Shown: positions 55,112-64,000 of the stretch, piece by piece
Numbering within the stretch: position 1 is the first letter of the stretch
Layout of the letters: each line of letters begins with the position of its first letter
Source: SAR86 cluster bacterium AG-422-P06
GTDB lineage: Bacteria; Pseudomonadota; Gammaproteobacteria; Magnimaribacterales; TMED112
NCBI GenBank assembly: GCA_003213455.1
Contig: QCMX01000001.1
Coordinates: 67,497 to 131,496 of the forward strand
Reading direction: 5' to 3'
Length of the DNA stretch: 64,000 nt
The notes under the pieces: generated by a model
The model's input: only the letters and a program-made list of their open reading frames with translations
Told to the model about the DNA's origin: nothing
The model's database searches: none
Translations under genes and position numbers: made by a program

Positions 55112-57709
55112 ATGAAAAAAAATTATTCAGAAGAAATTAGTGATTGGGTTGATGCTCTTGAAAATTTAGTGCTTTTCAATGGAAAAGAGGATGCTTCAGA
55201 AATAATACAAAATTTTTTTAAACATGCAGAAAATTCAGGGCTAATAGATTCAAGTTTTGCAAATTTACCCTTTGAAAACTCAATTTCCCATTACGAGGAA
55301 AGCGATTATCCTGGTGATTGGGATGTTGAAGAAAAAATTAGACATTTCATCAGATGGAATGCTCTTATAACAGTATTAAAAGCAAATAAAGAACTCGATC
55401 TGGGCGGCCACATATCCACCTATTCATCTGCTGCAACATTATATGAGGTAGGTTTTAATCATTTTTTTAGAGGTGGAAAGTTAGCAGATTTGATTTACTA
55501 CCAAGGACATTCCTCACCAGGCATATACGCAAGATCTTTTTTAGAAGGGTCTATTTCACAAAAGCAATTAGATAATTTTAGACAAGAAATTGATGGTGAT
55601 GGTCTTTCATCTTATCCACATCCATGGTTAATGCCAGAATATTGGCAATTCCCAACTGTCTCTATGGGGTTAGGGCCAATTATGTCAATTTATCAAGCAC
55701 ATATAATGAAATATCTTGAGCAGAGAGGTTTATTAAAACCAGAACCTAAAAGAAAAATATGGGTTTTTTGTGGAGATGGCGAGATGGATGAACCAGAATC
55801 GTTAGGTTCAATCTCTCTTGCTGCAAGAGAAAAATTAGATAATTTAGTTTTTGTTATTAATTGTAACTTACAAAGACTAGATGGTCCTGTAAGAGGTAAC
55901 TCAAGAATTATTACCGAATTAGGAGCTATATTTAATGCAGCTGGCTGGAATGTAGTTAATCTTATATGGGGAAGGAAATGGGATGATCTTCTACAAAAAG
56001 ATCATAAAGGAGCATTAAGATGGGTTATGAATAATACCGTCGATGGTGAATATCAGAATTTTAAAGCCAAAGGTGGCGCCTATACTAGGAAGCATTTTTT
56101 TGGCAAGCATCCAGAAGCTTTAAAGCTTGTTGAAGATATGACAGATGATGAAATAGAAGCATTAAATCGTGGAGGCCATGATCCACTAAAAGTATTCAAT
56201 GCATATAAGTCAGCCTACGAATGTACTGATAAACCTACTGTCATACTTGCATTCACTGTCAAAGGTTATGGTATTGGTTCAAGGCAAGCAGATAACACTA
56301 CGCATCAGGTGAAAAAATTAACTGAAGAAAATCTTAATGACTTCATTAAAAAATTTAATTTGCCTATTAGTTCAAAAAAGTTAAAAAATTTGGAGTACCT
56401 CAAATTTAGTAAGAAAAGCAGAGAATATAAATATCTAGTGACGCAGAGAGAGAAACTAGGAGGCTTCTTGCCGAAAAGAGAGGCAAAAAACGCGTATTTA
56501 AAGGTAGCCGATTATTCTCATTTTGATGAATTTAGTGATGAATCAAAAAGGGAGATGTCAACTACAATGGTTTTTGTAAGGCTAATAACTTCATTATTAA
56601 GAGATAAAAAAATTGGAAAAAATATAGTTCCTATTGTGCCTGATGAGGCAAGGACTTTCGGAATGGATGGCCTATTTAGACAATTTGGAATTTATAGTAG
56701 AGAGGGTCAAAAATACCAACCAGAAGATGCAGATAAAGTGATGTGGTATCGAGAGTCAAAAGATGGGGTGATGCTAGAAGAAGGCATTAATGAAGCAGGT
56801 GCTTTTTCGGCATGGATTGCATTAGCTACATCATATGCCAATAACTCTCTTCCTATGATTCCATTCTATATTTACTATTCAATGTTTGGTTTTCAGAGAG
56901 TGCATGATTTAGCATGGGCTGCTGGTGATGCCAGGGCTAGAGGATTCTTATTAGGTGCAACATCTGGCAGGACAACACTAAATGGTGAAGGTCTGCAGCA
57001 CCAAGATGGTCACAGTCATCTTTTGGCTCAAACAATTCCTAACTGCAAATCTTACGATCCTTGTTTTGATTATGAGTTAGCTGCAATTATTAAAAATGGT
57101 ATTGAAGATATGTATGTCAAAAATAATGATAATTATTATTACTTAACTCTAATGAATGAAAACTATTTGCATCCCGAAAGACCAAAAAATTTGAAGGATT
57201 CTGAAATAATACAGGGAGCTTATTTATTAAAAAAAGAGAATAAAGCTGACGTTAGGCTGTTAGCATCTGGACTGACATTACGTTTTGCTTTAGAAGCTTC
57301 GAAAAAATTAATGGATTTTGGCATCAAAGCTAATGTCTGGAGTATTACAAGTTTTAATGAACTAGCTAGAGGCGGCATAATTGCTGATCAGGATAATATG
57401 AATAAAAAGAAATCAGAATCATATGTAGAAAGCTGCTTTAAAAATGAAATGCCTTCGGTTGCAGTCTCTGAATATCAGAAACTATATGCTGAGCAAATTA
57501 GAAAATGGGTAAATGGCAATTATATTTGCTTAGGCACTGACGGTTTTGGCAGAAGTGATACAAGAGAAAAATTAAGAGAATTTTTTGAAATTGATTCTAA
57601 TCATATAGCTTATAATGCCTTATTGGCATGCGGTCTAAATGTAGAGGCAAAAAAATTTAAGACTAAATACAAGTTAAAACTAAATAAGAAAAATCCTTAT
57701 ATCAGATGA
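55112..57709 (+). CDS. aceE: pyruvate dehydrogenase E1 component (homodimeric type)
   Basis: 865 aa. Motifs GGHISTYSSAATLYEVGFNHFFRG, YYQGHSSPGIYARSFLEG, GDGEMDEPES. Confidence 0.97.
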   Translation: MKKNYSEEISDWVDALENLVLFNGKEDASEIIQNFFKHAENSGLIDSSFANLPFENSISHYEESDYPGDWDVEEKIRHFIRWNALITVLKANKELDLGGHISTYSSAATLYEVGFNHFFRGGKLADLIYYQGHSSPGIYARSFLEGSISQKQLDNFRQEIDGDGLSSYPHPWLMPEYWQFPTVSMGLGPIMSIYQAHIMKYLEQRGLLKPEPKRKIWVFCGDGEMDEPESLGSISLAAREKLDNLVFVINCNLQRLDGPVRGNSRIITELGAIFNAAGWNVVNLIWGRKWDDLLQKDHKGALRWVMNNTVDGEYQNFKAKGGAYTRKHFFGKHPEALKLVEDMTDDEIEALNRGGHDPLKVFNAYKSAYECTDKPTVILAFTVKGYGIGSRQADNTTHQVKKLTEENLNDFIKKFNLPISSKKLKNLEYLKFSKKSREYKYLVTQREKLGGFLPKREAKNAYLKVADYSHFDEFSDESKREMSTTMVFVRLITSLLRDKKIGKNIVPIVPDEARTFGMDGLFRQFGIYSREGQKYQPEDADKVMWYRESKDGVMLEEGINEAGAFSAWIALATSYANNSLPMIPFYIYYSMFGFQRVHDLAWAAGDARARGFLLGATSGRTTLNGEGLQHQDGHSHLLAQTIPNCKSYDPCFDYELAAIIKNGIEDMYVKNNDNYYYLTLMNENYLHPERPKNLKDSEIIQGAYLLKKENKADVRLLASGLTLRFALEASKKLMDFGIKANVWSITSFNELARGGIIADQDNMNKKKSESYVESCFKNEMPSVAVSEYQKLYAEQIRKWVNGNYICLGTDGFGRSDTREKLREFFEIDSNHIAYNALLACGLNVEAKKFKTKYKLKLNKKNPYIR

Positions 57710-58905
57710 AAGAAATTGAGCTAAAAATCCCTAATTTAGGGGAAGCAGAAGATACAGAGATTATTGAAATCTCTGTTAAAAAAGGCGACAAACTAAGTAA
57801 AAATGATCCAATCATTGTCTTGGAATCAGAGAAAGCTGCGATGGAAGTGCCATCAGATTTTGATGGCAAAATCAAAGAGATAAAAGTTAAAGAAGGTGAC
57901 AGCGTAAAAGAGGGAACGGTTTTTGCTGTTATAGAGGTTGAAGATAATGAGGAACCAAAGCAAGAAAAGGAAGAAATTAAGCCTTCATCAACAGAAACCT
58001 CATCTAATGAGGATATAACTCAAAGAATTGAAAAAGCTTCAATAGATTTTAGTGGAATCAATGCTGGCCCTGCAGTGAGAAAAATAGCTCGCGAGCTGGA
58101 GATAGATCTTACAAAAATTATTGGCTCTGGGAAGAATAAGATGATCACAAAGGATGATCTTAAGAATTTTATACATTCAAATAGCAGTATCCAAAAAATT
58201 GAGTATGCAGATTTAAAGAGTTTAGAGGTTTTTGGCGACTATGAAATTGAAAATCAATCTAAAATTAGGAAAGCTGGTGCTAAGAATTTAACTCAATCAT
58301 GGCAGTCAATACCACATGTTTCACATTTTGAGGAAGCAGATATAACGAAGATTGAAAAACAAAGAAAGGATTTAAATGAGGTTTCAGCCATCAAAATCAC
58401 TCCACTTGCATACATTATCAAAGCCACTTCCCTTGCCCTAGAGGAATTCCCTTTGATGAACTCATCTTTGGTAGATGATGGTAAATTAATGGTAAAAAAA
58501 TATATGAATATAGGGGTAGCTGTAAATACTGATCAAGGATTGGTAGTCCCGGTTATAAAAGATGTAAATATTTTAAAGATTGGGCAAATAGCAGAAAAGA
58601 TTTTAGAAATTTCTATTAAAGCACGAGATAAGAAGTTAATGAAAGATGATATTACAGGTTCAACATTTACTATATCAAGTTTAGGTGGAATAGGCGGGAC
58701 AGGTTTTTCACCTATCATTAACCCACCAGAAGTAGGAATTATTGGTGTTTCAAGAGCAAAAAGTTTTGCAAAAATAAAAAATGGAAATGTTATTGAGACA
58801 ACTATTCTGCCATTTTCACTTTCGTATGATCACAGAGTTATAAATGGTGTAGATGCTGGCAATTTTATGACTTTTATTAAAGCTACCATCGAAAAAGGTT
58901 TATAA
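57706..58905 (+). CDS. aceF: dihydrolipoamide acetyltransferase E2 (single lipoyl domain)
   Basis: 399 aa. One lipoyl domain (VLESEKAAMEVPS), an E3-binding domain (AGPAVRKIARELEIDL) and a catalytic domain (SLSYDHRVINGVDAGNF). Confidence 0.93.
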   Translation: MKEIELKIPNLGEAEDTEIIEISVKKGDKLSKNDPIIVLESEKAAMEVPSDFDGKIKEIKVKEGDSVKEGTVFAVIEVEDNEEPKQEKEEIKPSSTETSSNEDITQRIEKASIDFSGINAGPAVRKIARELEIDLTKIIGSGKNKMITKDDLKNFIHSNSSIQKIEYADLKSLEVFGDYEIENQSKIRKAGAKNLTQSWQSIPHVSHFEEADITKIEKQRKDLNEVSAIKITPLAYIIKATSLALEEFPLMNSSLVDDGKLMVKKYMNIGVAVNTDQGLVVPVIKDVNILKIGQIAEKILEISIKARDKKLMKDDITGSTFTISSLGGIGGTGFSPIINPPEVGIIGVSRAKSFAKIKNGNVIETTILPFSLSYDHRVINGVDAGNFMTFIKATIEKGL

Positions 58906-58924
58906 TTAATACATATATTACAAA

Positions 58925-59962
58925 ATGAATGTATTCGCTTTAACATTAATTTTTTCCTTTATTTTATGGCTGCAGAATAAGCTTACTAAAACGCCATTAA
59001 GAAAAACTGCACAAACTTACCATAAAAAACCAACTTCAAGATTAGGAGGTGTGGCAATTGCTGCTGCATTATTTATTGATGCCTTTTTTTTAACAGAAAA
59101 TTCTGCAGAAACAGAACTTTATAGGTTGATTATTATTTGTGTTTTGCCTACTTTTGTCGCTGGCTTGTTAGATGATCTATTTTTTGATGTAAAACCTTGG
59201 CAAAGAATACTATTAATGCTTCCAACTCCAATTCTTCTCTTTTATTTTGCTGGTTTAAAGGTGACAAATTTAAGTTTGGGTTTTTTAGATGATTTTTTAG
59301 ATTATGATATCTTTGCTTTAATTTTTATTGTCATTGCACTAGTCGGAATGTCAAATGCTTTCAACATCATTGATGGCTTCAATGGATTATTACTGGGTTA
59401 CGTTATTACTTTAGCTTTATCGATATTTTTTTACGGATCTTTTAATAATCAATTTTTTATATCAAACATAATTTATGCATTATTTTATTCCTGCCTAGCA
59501 GTTTTAATTATAAATTCTCCTTGGGGAAAAATATTCTTAGGAGATGCAGGAGCTTACATGCTAGGCATATTAGTACCAACTGTCCTGATTTTTTATTATA
59601 AGGTAAATGCTTTATCACCATGGTTTGTTATGGCTATGTTGATATATCCTACTGTGGAAGTCTTGGTGTCAGTAATCAGAAAAATCATATACAGAAATAT
59701 GTCTGCAATGGAGCCAGATGGTTTGCATCTGCATATGTTGATATACAAAAGAGTAAGTAAAAAATTTGGATTTAGAAAAATTAGATTAAGGCATTTTGTG
59801 GTAGCAATGTTTATTTTTACGTTAAATTTTCCTTTTATGTTTTTTGCTAATGTTTTCAGTACAAACACAAAAATTTTATTCTCAATATGCATCTGGTATG
59901 TCTTGGTATATTTGCTTATCTATTTTATTCTTTTACCTAGGTATATTTTTAAAAGGAAGTAA
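58925..59962 (+). CDS. polyprenyl-phosphate N-acetylhexosamine-1-phosphate transferase family (WecA/WbpL/MraY-like initiating transferase)
   Basis: 345 aa, about 10-11 TM segments. Motifs LLDDLFFDVKPWQR and MSNAFNIIDGFNGLLLG are typical of Glycos_transf_4. Confidence 0.8.
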   Translation: MNVFALTLIFSFILWLQNKLTKTPLRKTAQTYHKKPTSRLGGVAIAAALFIDAFFLTENSAETELYRLIIICVLPTFVAGLLDDLFFDVKPWQRILLMLPTPILLFYFAGLKVTNLSLGFLDDFLDYDIFALIFIVIALVGMSNAFNIIDGFNGLLLGYVITLALSIFFYGSFNNQFFISNIIYALFYSCLAVLIINSPWGKIFLGDAGAYMLGILVPTVLIFYYKVNALSPWFVMAMLIYPTVEVLVSVIRKIIYRNMSAMEPDGLHLHMLIYKRVSKKFGFRKIRLRHFVVAMFIFTLNFPFMFFANVFSTNTKILFSICIWYVLVYLLIYFILLPRYIFKRK

Positions 59963-59965
59963 AGA

Positions 59966-60961
59966 TTGAAAGTTCTAGTTACCGGTGCTGCAGGCTATAT
60001 TGGAGGTACTTTTTGCCACAAATTGCTTTCATATGGTCATGAAGTGTTAGGCATCGATAATTACACTAACTCAGATAAAAAAGTTTCTGAATTTTTATTA
60101 AATAATTTCAACTCTTATAGTTTCCATAAAATTGATATAGCAAAAGAAGACAATTCCTTAGATGAAGTATTTAAAAATCATAAAGGAGATATTGATTGTG
60201 TCGTACACTTTGCTGCACTTAAAGCAGTTGGAGAGTCAGAAAGCAAACCAGTCCAATACTGGGAAAACAACATCATCTCAACTTTAAATTTGATCAAAAC
60301 AATGAAGAGTCACGATATGAGAAAATTAATTTTTTCTTCTTCTGCCACTGTTTATGGTAATAATGCTAATCAACCACTTATTGAAAGTGAGTCTTTGTCT
60401 CCAATTTCTTGCTATGGGTCAACAAAGATAGCAAATGAGTACCTTCTAAACGATGTCGCTAAAGCTGGAGATATTGATGTTGTGATGTTGAGATATTTCA
60501 ATCCAGTTGGTGCTCATTCTGAATGTATAATTTATGATGATCCGTACGCTTCACCTAATAATCTTATGCCGAGGGTGATAAGGGTTGCACTAGGTATTGA
60601 AAAACAGATGTATATTTGGGGTAATGATTACTCAACAAAAGATGGTACAGGTGCACGAGATTATATTCATATTGAAGATTTAGTTGAAGGGCATATTGCG
60701 GCAATAGATTTTGTAAAAACATTTAGTGGTTCAACTGCACTTAATCTTGGAACTGGTAATTCACTTACTGTTTTAGAATTAATCAAAAAATTTGAAAATA
60801 TAAATGGTATTAAAATACCAATTTCTTTTGAAAAAAGACGTAAGGGAGATGTTGCTGAATGCTATGCTGATCCAGCGAAAGCACAAAAGATTCTTAACTG
60901 GAAAGCAAAAAAGACTCTTGAGGAAATGTGTAAGAGCTCATGGAAGCCATTCAAAAAATGA
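59966..60961 (+). CDS. galE: UDP-glucose 4-epimerase family
   Basis: 331 aa. Motifs VLVTGAAGYIGG, FSSSATVYG, YGSTKIANE (YxxxK), LRYFNPVGAH. TTG start 3 nt after the upstream stop. Whether it acts on Glc/Gal or GlcNAc/GalNAc is undetermined. Confidence 0.88.
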   Translation: MKVLVTGAAGYIGGTFCHKLLSYGHEVLGIDNYTNSDKKVSEFLLNNFNSYSFHKIDIAKEDNSLDEVFKNHKGDIDCVVHFAALKAVGESESKPVQYWENNIISTLNLIKTMKSHDMRKLIFSSSATVYGNNANQPLIESESLSPISCYGSTKIANEYLLNDVAKAGDIDVVMLRYFNPVGAHSECIIYDDPYASPNNLMPRVIRVALGIEKQMYIWGNDYSTKDGTGARDYIHIEDLVEGHIAAIDFVKTFSGSTALNLGTGNSLTVLELIKKFENINGIKIPISFEKRRKGDVAECYADPAKAQKILNWKAKKTLEEMCKSSWKPFKK

Positions 60962-61677
60962 ATTTGAATGAACTACAAGAACTAGCTATTAGTACTGCTA
61001 AAGAAGCAGGAGACTTTCTCAATAAAAGTAAACCTGAAAAAAAAGCAGTCTACAAAGAAGAAGGCCGAGATATCAAATTAATAATTGATCAAGATACGGA
61101 GAAGCTTATTAGATCAAGCCTTATGGGAACTAATATTCCAATATTGGGTGAAGAGTATGGAGGTGTAACATCAAAAGAGAGATATTGGGTCATAGATCCA
61201 ATAGATGGCACTGCAAATTATTTTAGAGGTTTGGATGAATGTTGTGTTTCTATTGCTCTGATGGAGGGTAATGAAGCATTGATTGGCGTTATTTATAATT
61301 TTAATAACGATCAAATGTATACAGCTATCAAAGATCAGGGCGCATTTTTAAACAATATGAAAATTTCTGTTTCAGACATAGCTTCAAGAGATAAAGCTTC
61401 AATAACCACTGGTTTTCCAGCATCTGAAACAATTGAATCTTCAATGAGTTTCTTGGAAGACCTCAAAGGTTGGAAAAAAGTAAGGATGTTTGGCAGCGCA
61501 GCACTTTCATGTGCCTATGTAGCATCAGGAAAGTGTGATTACTATGCAGAAAAGGGAGTTTATCTTTGGGATATTGCTGCAGGTATTTGTTTGGTAAAAG
61601 AAGCCGGTGGTTGCGCAGACTTTAAATTGATACATAAAGAAAGGTATGAAGTTGTTTTCTCTAATAACTTACTATGA
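60958..61677 (+). CDS. inositol monophosphatase family phosphatase
   Basis: 239 aa from ATG 60958 (ATGA overlap with galE). Motifs ILGEEYG, WVIDPIDGTANY, WDIAAG. Confidence 0.8.
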   Translation: MNLNELQELAISTAKEAGDFLNKSKPEKKAVYKEEGRDIKLIIDQDTEKLIRSSLMGTNIPILGEEYGGVTSKERYWVIDPIDGTANYFRGLDECCVSIALMEGNEALIGVIYNFNNDQMYTAIKDQGAFLNNMKISVSDIASRDKASITTGFPASETIESSMSFLEDLKGWKKVRMFGSAALSCAYVASGKCDYYAEKGVYLWDIAAGICLVKEAGGCADFKLIHKERYEVVFSNNLL

Positions 61678-62621
61678 AGATTGCAGTTGTTGCCGATAAA
61701 AAAGCTGGCCATTTAAGCCAATGTCTTGGGCTTAGAGAAATCCTTAAGAGTTATAAAAAAGATAAAGATCTGTTTATTCTCAACAAAGACATTATTGCTT
61801 TCCCAGGATTTCTGGAAAGAGCCTTCACCTTAATCTATGAAAAATTATACCTTTTCATACTAAGGCTTCTTAACCCAAATTTAGCAGATCAAGATTTTGA
61901 TCTAGTTATTTGCTCAGGCTCTAGAACAGCTATTCCAGCTTTTTTACTGGCTAAATTATCAAAAGCAAAAATTATTTATATCGGTACGCCAAAATATAGA
62001 ATAATGAAAAAATTTGATGGTATTGTCTCAACCAAGACAGATTTAAGTTCAGTTTATAAAGTAATTACCACTGATTTGCCTCCTACTAAATTTAAGCCCT
62101 TTGAAGAGATGGTTGAACCAATTAAACAGAGTCTAGTTCTTATAGGTGGCGATGGGAGTGGTTACGATTATGGTGAAAGTGATTGGTACCGGCTTTCATT
62201 TGAATTTAAAAACATTAATACAACTTTTGTAAATTCGAGGAGAACACCGAAATTTGCATGGCGTAATTTAAAGGATAATTCTGGACCAAAACATAGTTAT
62301 CTTGATATTGAAGAAACTGGTTTTGAAGAATTGCAAAATGCAATAGATACACATAGTCATATTTTTGTAACAGCCGATAGTACTAGTATGATTACTGAGA
62401 TAATCACTCGAGGTTATTTCGTTAATGTGATAGAAATGCGAGGACCTATTAAAAAAGAGCATCATCATGAGATTATTGAAAGCTTCGAAAAGAAAGGACT
62501 ACTTCGAATACTTAGACTTAACCAATTACAGCTTTCAGAAAATAAATTTCAACAAAATGTGAAAGATTTTGTTGTTACTGAAAGAGATGCCCTTAAATCT
62601 AGAATACTAGAATTATTATGA
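61674..62621 (+). CDS. ELM1/DUF1022-family protein (predicted GT-B-like, function unknown in bacteria)
   Basis: 315 aa. Motifs KIAVVADKKAGHLSQCLGL, DLVICSGSRTAIPA, LIGGDGSG, NSRRTP, FVTADSTSMITE match the recalled family consensus (sDgkaGh.nQ..GL; G.rt; lGG; SRRTP; T.DSvSM.sE). Confidence 0.6.
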   Translation: MKIAVVADKKAGHLSQCLGLREILKSYKKDKDLFILNKDIIAFPGFLERAFTLIYEKLYLFILRLLNPNLADQDFDLVICSGSRTAIPAFLLAKLSKAKIIYIGTPKYRIMKKFDGIVSTKTDLSSVYKVITTDLPPTKFKPFEEMVEPIKQSLVLIGGDGSGYDYGESDWYRLSFEFKNINTTFVNSRRTPKFAWRNLKDNSGPKHSYLDIEETGFEELQNAIDTHSHIFVTADSTSMITEIITRGYFVNVIEMRGPIKKEHHHEIIESFEKKGLLRILRLNQLQLSENKFQQNVKDFVVTERDALKSRILELL

Positions 62622-64000
62622 AATCTATTTGTTGGTTTAGGAACGATCTACGTGTCCTTGATAATCCTGCTTTACATCATTGTTGTAAGAATAGTGATGA
62701 GGTTATTGCTGTTTATTTTATTAATAGGGCACAATGGCAAGAGCATGACGATGCTCTAATTAAGATAAATTTTTGGTTAAGAAATTTAGAATTGCTACAA
62801 AATAAACTCAAAAAATTAAACATCCCGCTTGTAGTGCTAGAAGCCGATAATTATTCCGAAACTGCTTCAGTATTAAAAGATTTTTGCACTAAAAACGAAG
62901 TCAAGAATCTGTACTTCAATAATGAATACCCAATCAATGAGCTTAAGAGAGATAGGAATATTTATTCTAGTTTTAAGGAATCTGGGATTGGAGTTTTTAC
63001 ATACCATGACCAAGTTATCCATGAACCAGGCTCACTAAAAACAACTACTGGCAATAATTTTTCAGTTTATAGTCCATTTAAAAGAAAATGGTTTTCCGAA
63101 CTACTCGAAGATCAGCTAGTAATACTTGACGAGCCAGAAAAACAAGAGAGCATGTGTGTTGAGCAAACAGATTTATCCAAATTCTTAGATGAATTTACTC
63201 ACTCTAAGTCTGAACTTTGGCCTGCCGGTGAAGAATTCATACAAAACTACATCGATGAATTTTTAAAATTTAAAGGTACAACTTACAAAGTTAAGAGAAA
63301 CTTTCCTGCAATTGATGCAACGGCAAAATTGTCGCCATATATTAATACGGGGATAGTTTCATCAAAATGGTGCCTTATAAAAGCTAGAGAATATAATAAT
63401 GGTCAGCTAGATGATGGAAATAAGGGGATAGTTCATTGGGTTTCTGAAATACTATGGCGCGAATTTTATCGTCATATTATTTATAACTTTCCAAAGGTCT
63501 CAAAGAGTTTGCCTTTCGTAGATTACACCAAAAATATTCCTTGGAATGTGAACGAAGAGTGGTTAGAAAGATGGAAAGCAGGTAAAACTGGAATACCAAT
63601 AGTTGATGCTGGTATTCGAGAGATGCTTGAAACAGGTTGGATGCACAATAGATTAAGGATGATCGTTGCCATGTTCTTGAGTAAAAACTTATTGATCAAT
63701 TGGCAAGAGGGTGAAAAATTCTTCATGCGACATCTCATTGATGGCGATATAGCATCCAATAATGGTGGCTGGCAATGGAGTGCTTCCACAGGCACTGATG
63801 CTGCACCTTACTTTAGAATTATGAATCCAGAAACTCAGTCGATAAAATTTGATCCTCAAGGTAAATACATTAAAAGATGGGTGCCTGAATTAGCGGATTG
63901 TTCTGAGACAGAGGTTCATATGCCAAAAAGTCCAGAGAATTATAATTATCCGAAACCAATAGTCGATTTAAAAGAGTCAAGAAAGAATGCAATAGATGTA
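62618..64000 (+). CDS. phrB: deoxyribodipyrimidine photolyase (class I CPD; 3'-partial, open to window end)
   Basis: Not in the ORF track because no stop is reached. The ATG at 62618 (ATGA overlap) opens 461 codons to nt 64000. Motifs ICWFRNDLRVLDNPAL, LSPYINTGIVS, WREFY, TGIPIVDAGIREMLETGWMHNRLRMIVAMFL, DGDIASNNGGWQW. Confidence 0.93.
   Translation, partial: MKSICWFRNDLRVLDNPALHHCCKNSDEVIAVYFINRAQWQEHDDALIKINFWLRNLELLQNKLKKLNIPLVVLEADNYSETASVLKDFCTKNEVKNLYFNNEYPINELKRDRNIYSSFKESGIGVFTYHDQVIHEPGSLKTTTGNNFSVYSPFKRKWFSELLEDQLVILDEPEKQESMCVEQTDLSKFLDEFTHSKSELWPAGEEFIQNYIDEFLKFKGTTYKVKRNFPAIDATAKLSPYINTGIVSSKWCLIKAREYNNGQLDDGNKGIVHWVSEILWREFYRHIIYNFPKVSKSLPFVDYTKNIPWNVNEEWLERWKAGKTGIPIVDAGIREMLETGWMHNRLRMIVAMFLSKNLLINWQEGEKFFMRHLIDGDIASNNGGWQWSASTGTDAAPYFRIMNPETQSIKFDPQGKYIKRWVPELADCSETEVHMPKSPENYNYPKPIVDLKESRKNAIDV

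Noticed and set aside
63523-63795. 90-aa minus-strand ORF near the window end
   Set aside because: It is antisense to the clearly recognisable photolyase reading frame (TGIPIVDAGIREM…WMHNRLRMIVAMFL). The photolyase is missing from the ORF track only because it has no stop within the window.
1-64000. CRISPR arrays, IS elements/transposases, prophage genes, rRNA, toxin-antitoxin pairs
   Set aside because: I found none. There are no spaced direct repeats and no transposase-, integrase- or Cas-like ORFs in any frame of the ORF track. The non-coding space is too small to hide arrays.

Overview
This is an AT-rich, very densely packed chromosomal segment. Using the ORF-track boundaries plus two tRNAs I found, only about 770 of 64,000 nt lie outside a called gene. 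Most neighbouring genes overlap by 1-20 nt. The housekeeping gene order is typical of Gammaproteobacteria: xseB-ispA-dxs; scpA-scpB-rluB; ubiG-HAD phosphatase-yciK-like SDR; pntAA-pntAB-pntB; gyrA-serC-chorismate mutase-tyrA-aroA-cmk-rpsA; pyrF-pgi-uvrC; infC-rpmI-rplT-pheS-pheT-metK; ahcY; aceEF. The density, low GC and shortened proteins suggest a genome-streamlined marine lineage, but that is inference only. The main accessory content is a Wzx/Wzy plus Wzc-Wza-Wzb surface-polysaccharide locus at 38.3-55.0 kb. A second arm (WecA-like initiating transferase, galE, IMPase-like, ELM1/DUF1022-like) lies at 58.9-62.6 kb, on the far side of aceEF. The locus combines three chemistries: a GDP-6-deoxy/3,6-dideoxyhexose module (gmd, fcl/colC-like, ColD-like dehydratase with His in place of the PLP lysine), a UDP-uronic acid module with an AsnB-like amidotransferase, and a CDP-glycerol/TagF-like glycerophosphate module. 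tRNA-Cys(GCA) and tRNA-Leu(UAA) sit inside the operon with only 4-17 nt spacers. Other points worth a second look:
- a cytidylyltransferase-like::PMI-cupin fusion wedged between metK and ahcY;
- a domain-minimised PheRS;
- a truncated Ugd-like gene;
- a small WYL_2/DUF2693-like gene coupled to a secreted EEP-family nuclease/phosphatase;
- a tandem DnaT-like-domain protein coupled to an RND efflux pair.

I saw no CRISPR array, transposase, integrase or rRNA. I cannot point to one unambiguous undescribed system. The best candidates are ranked by interest in the findings.
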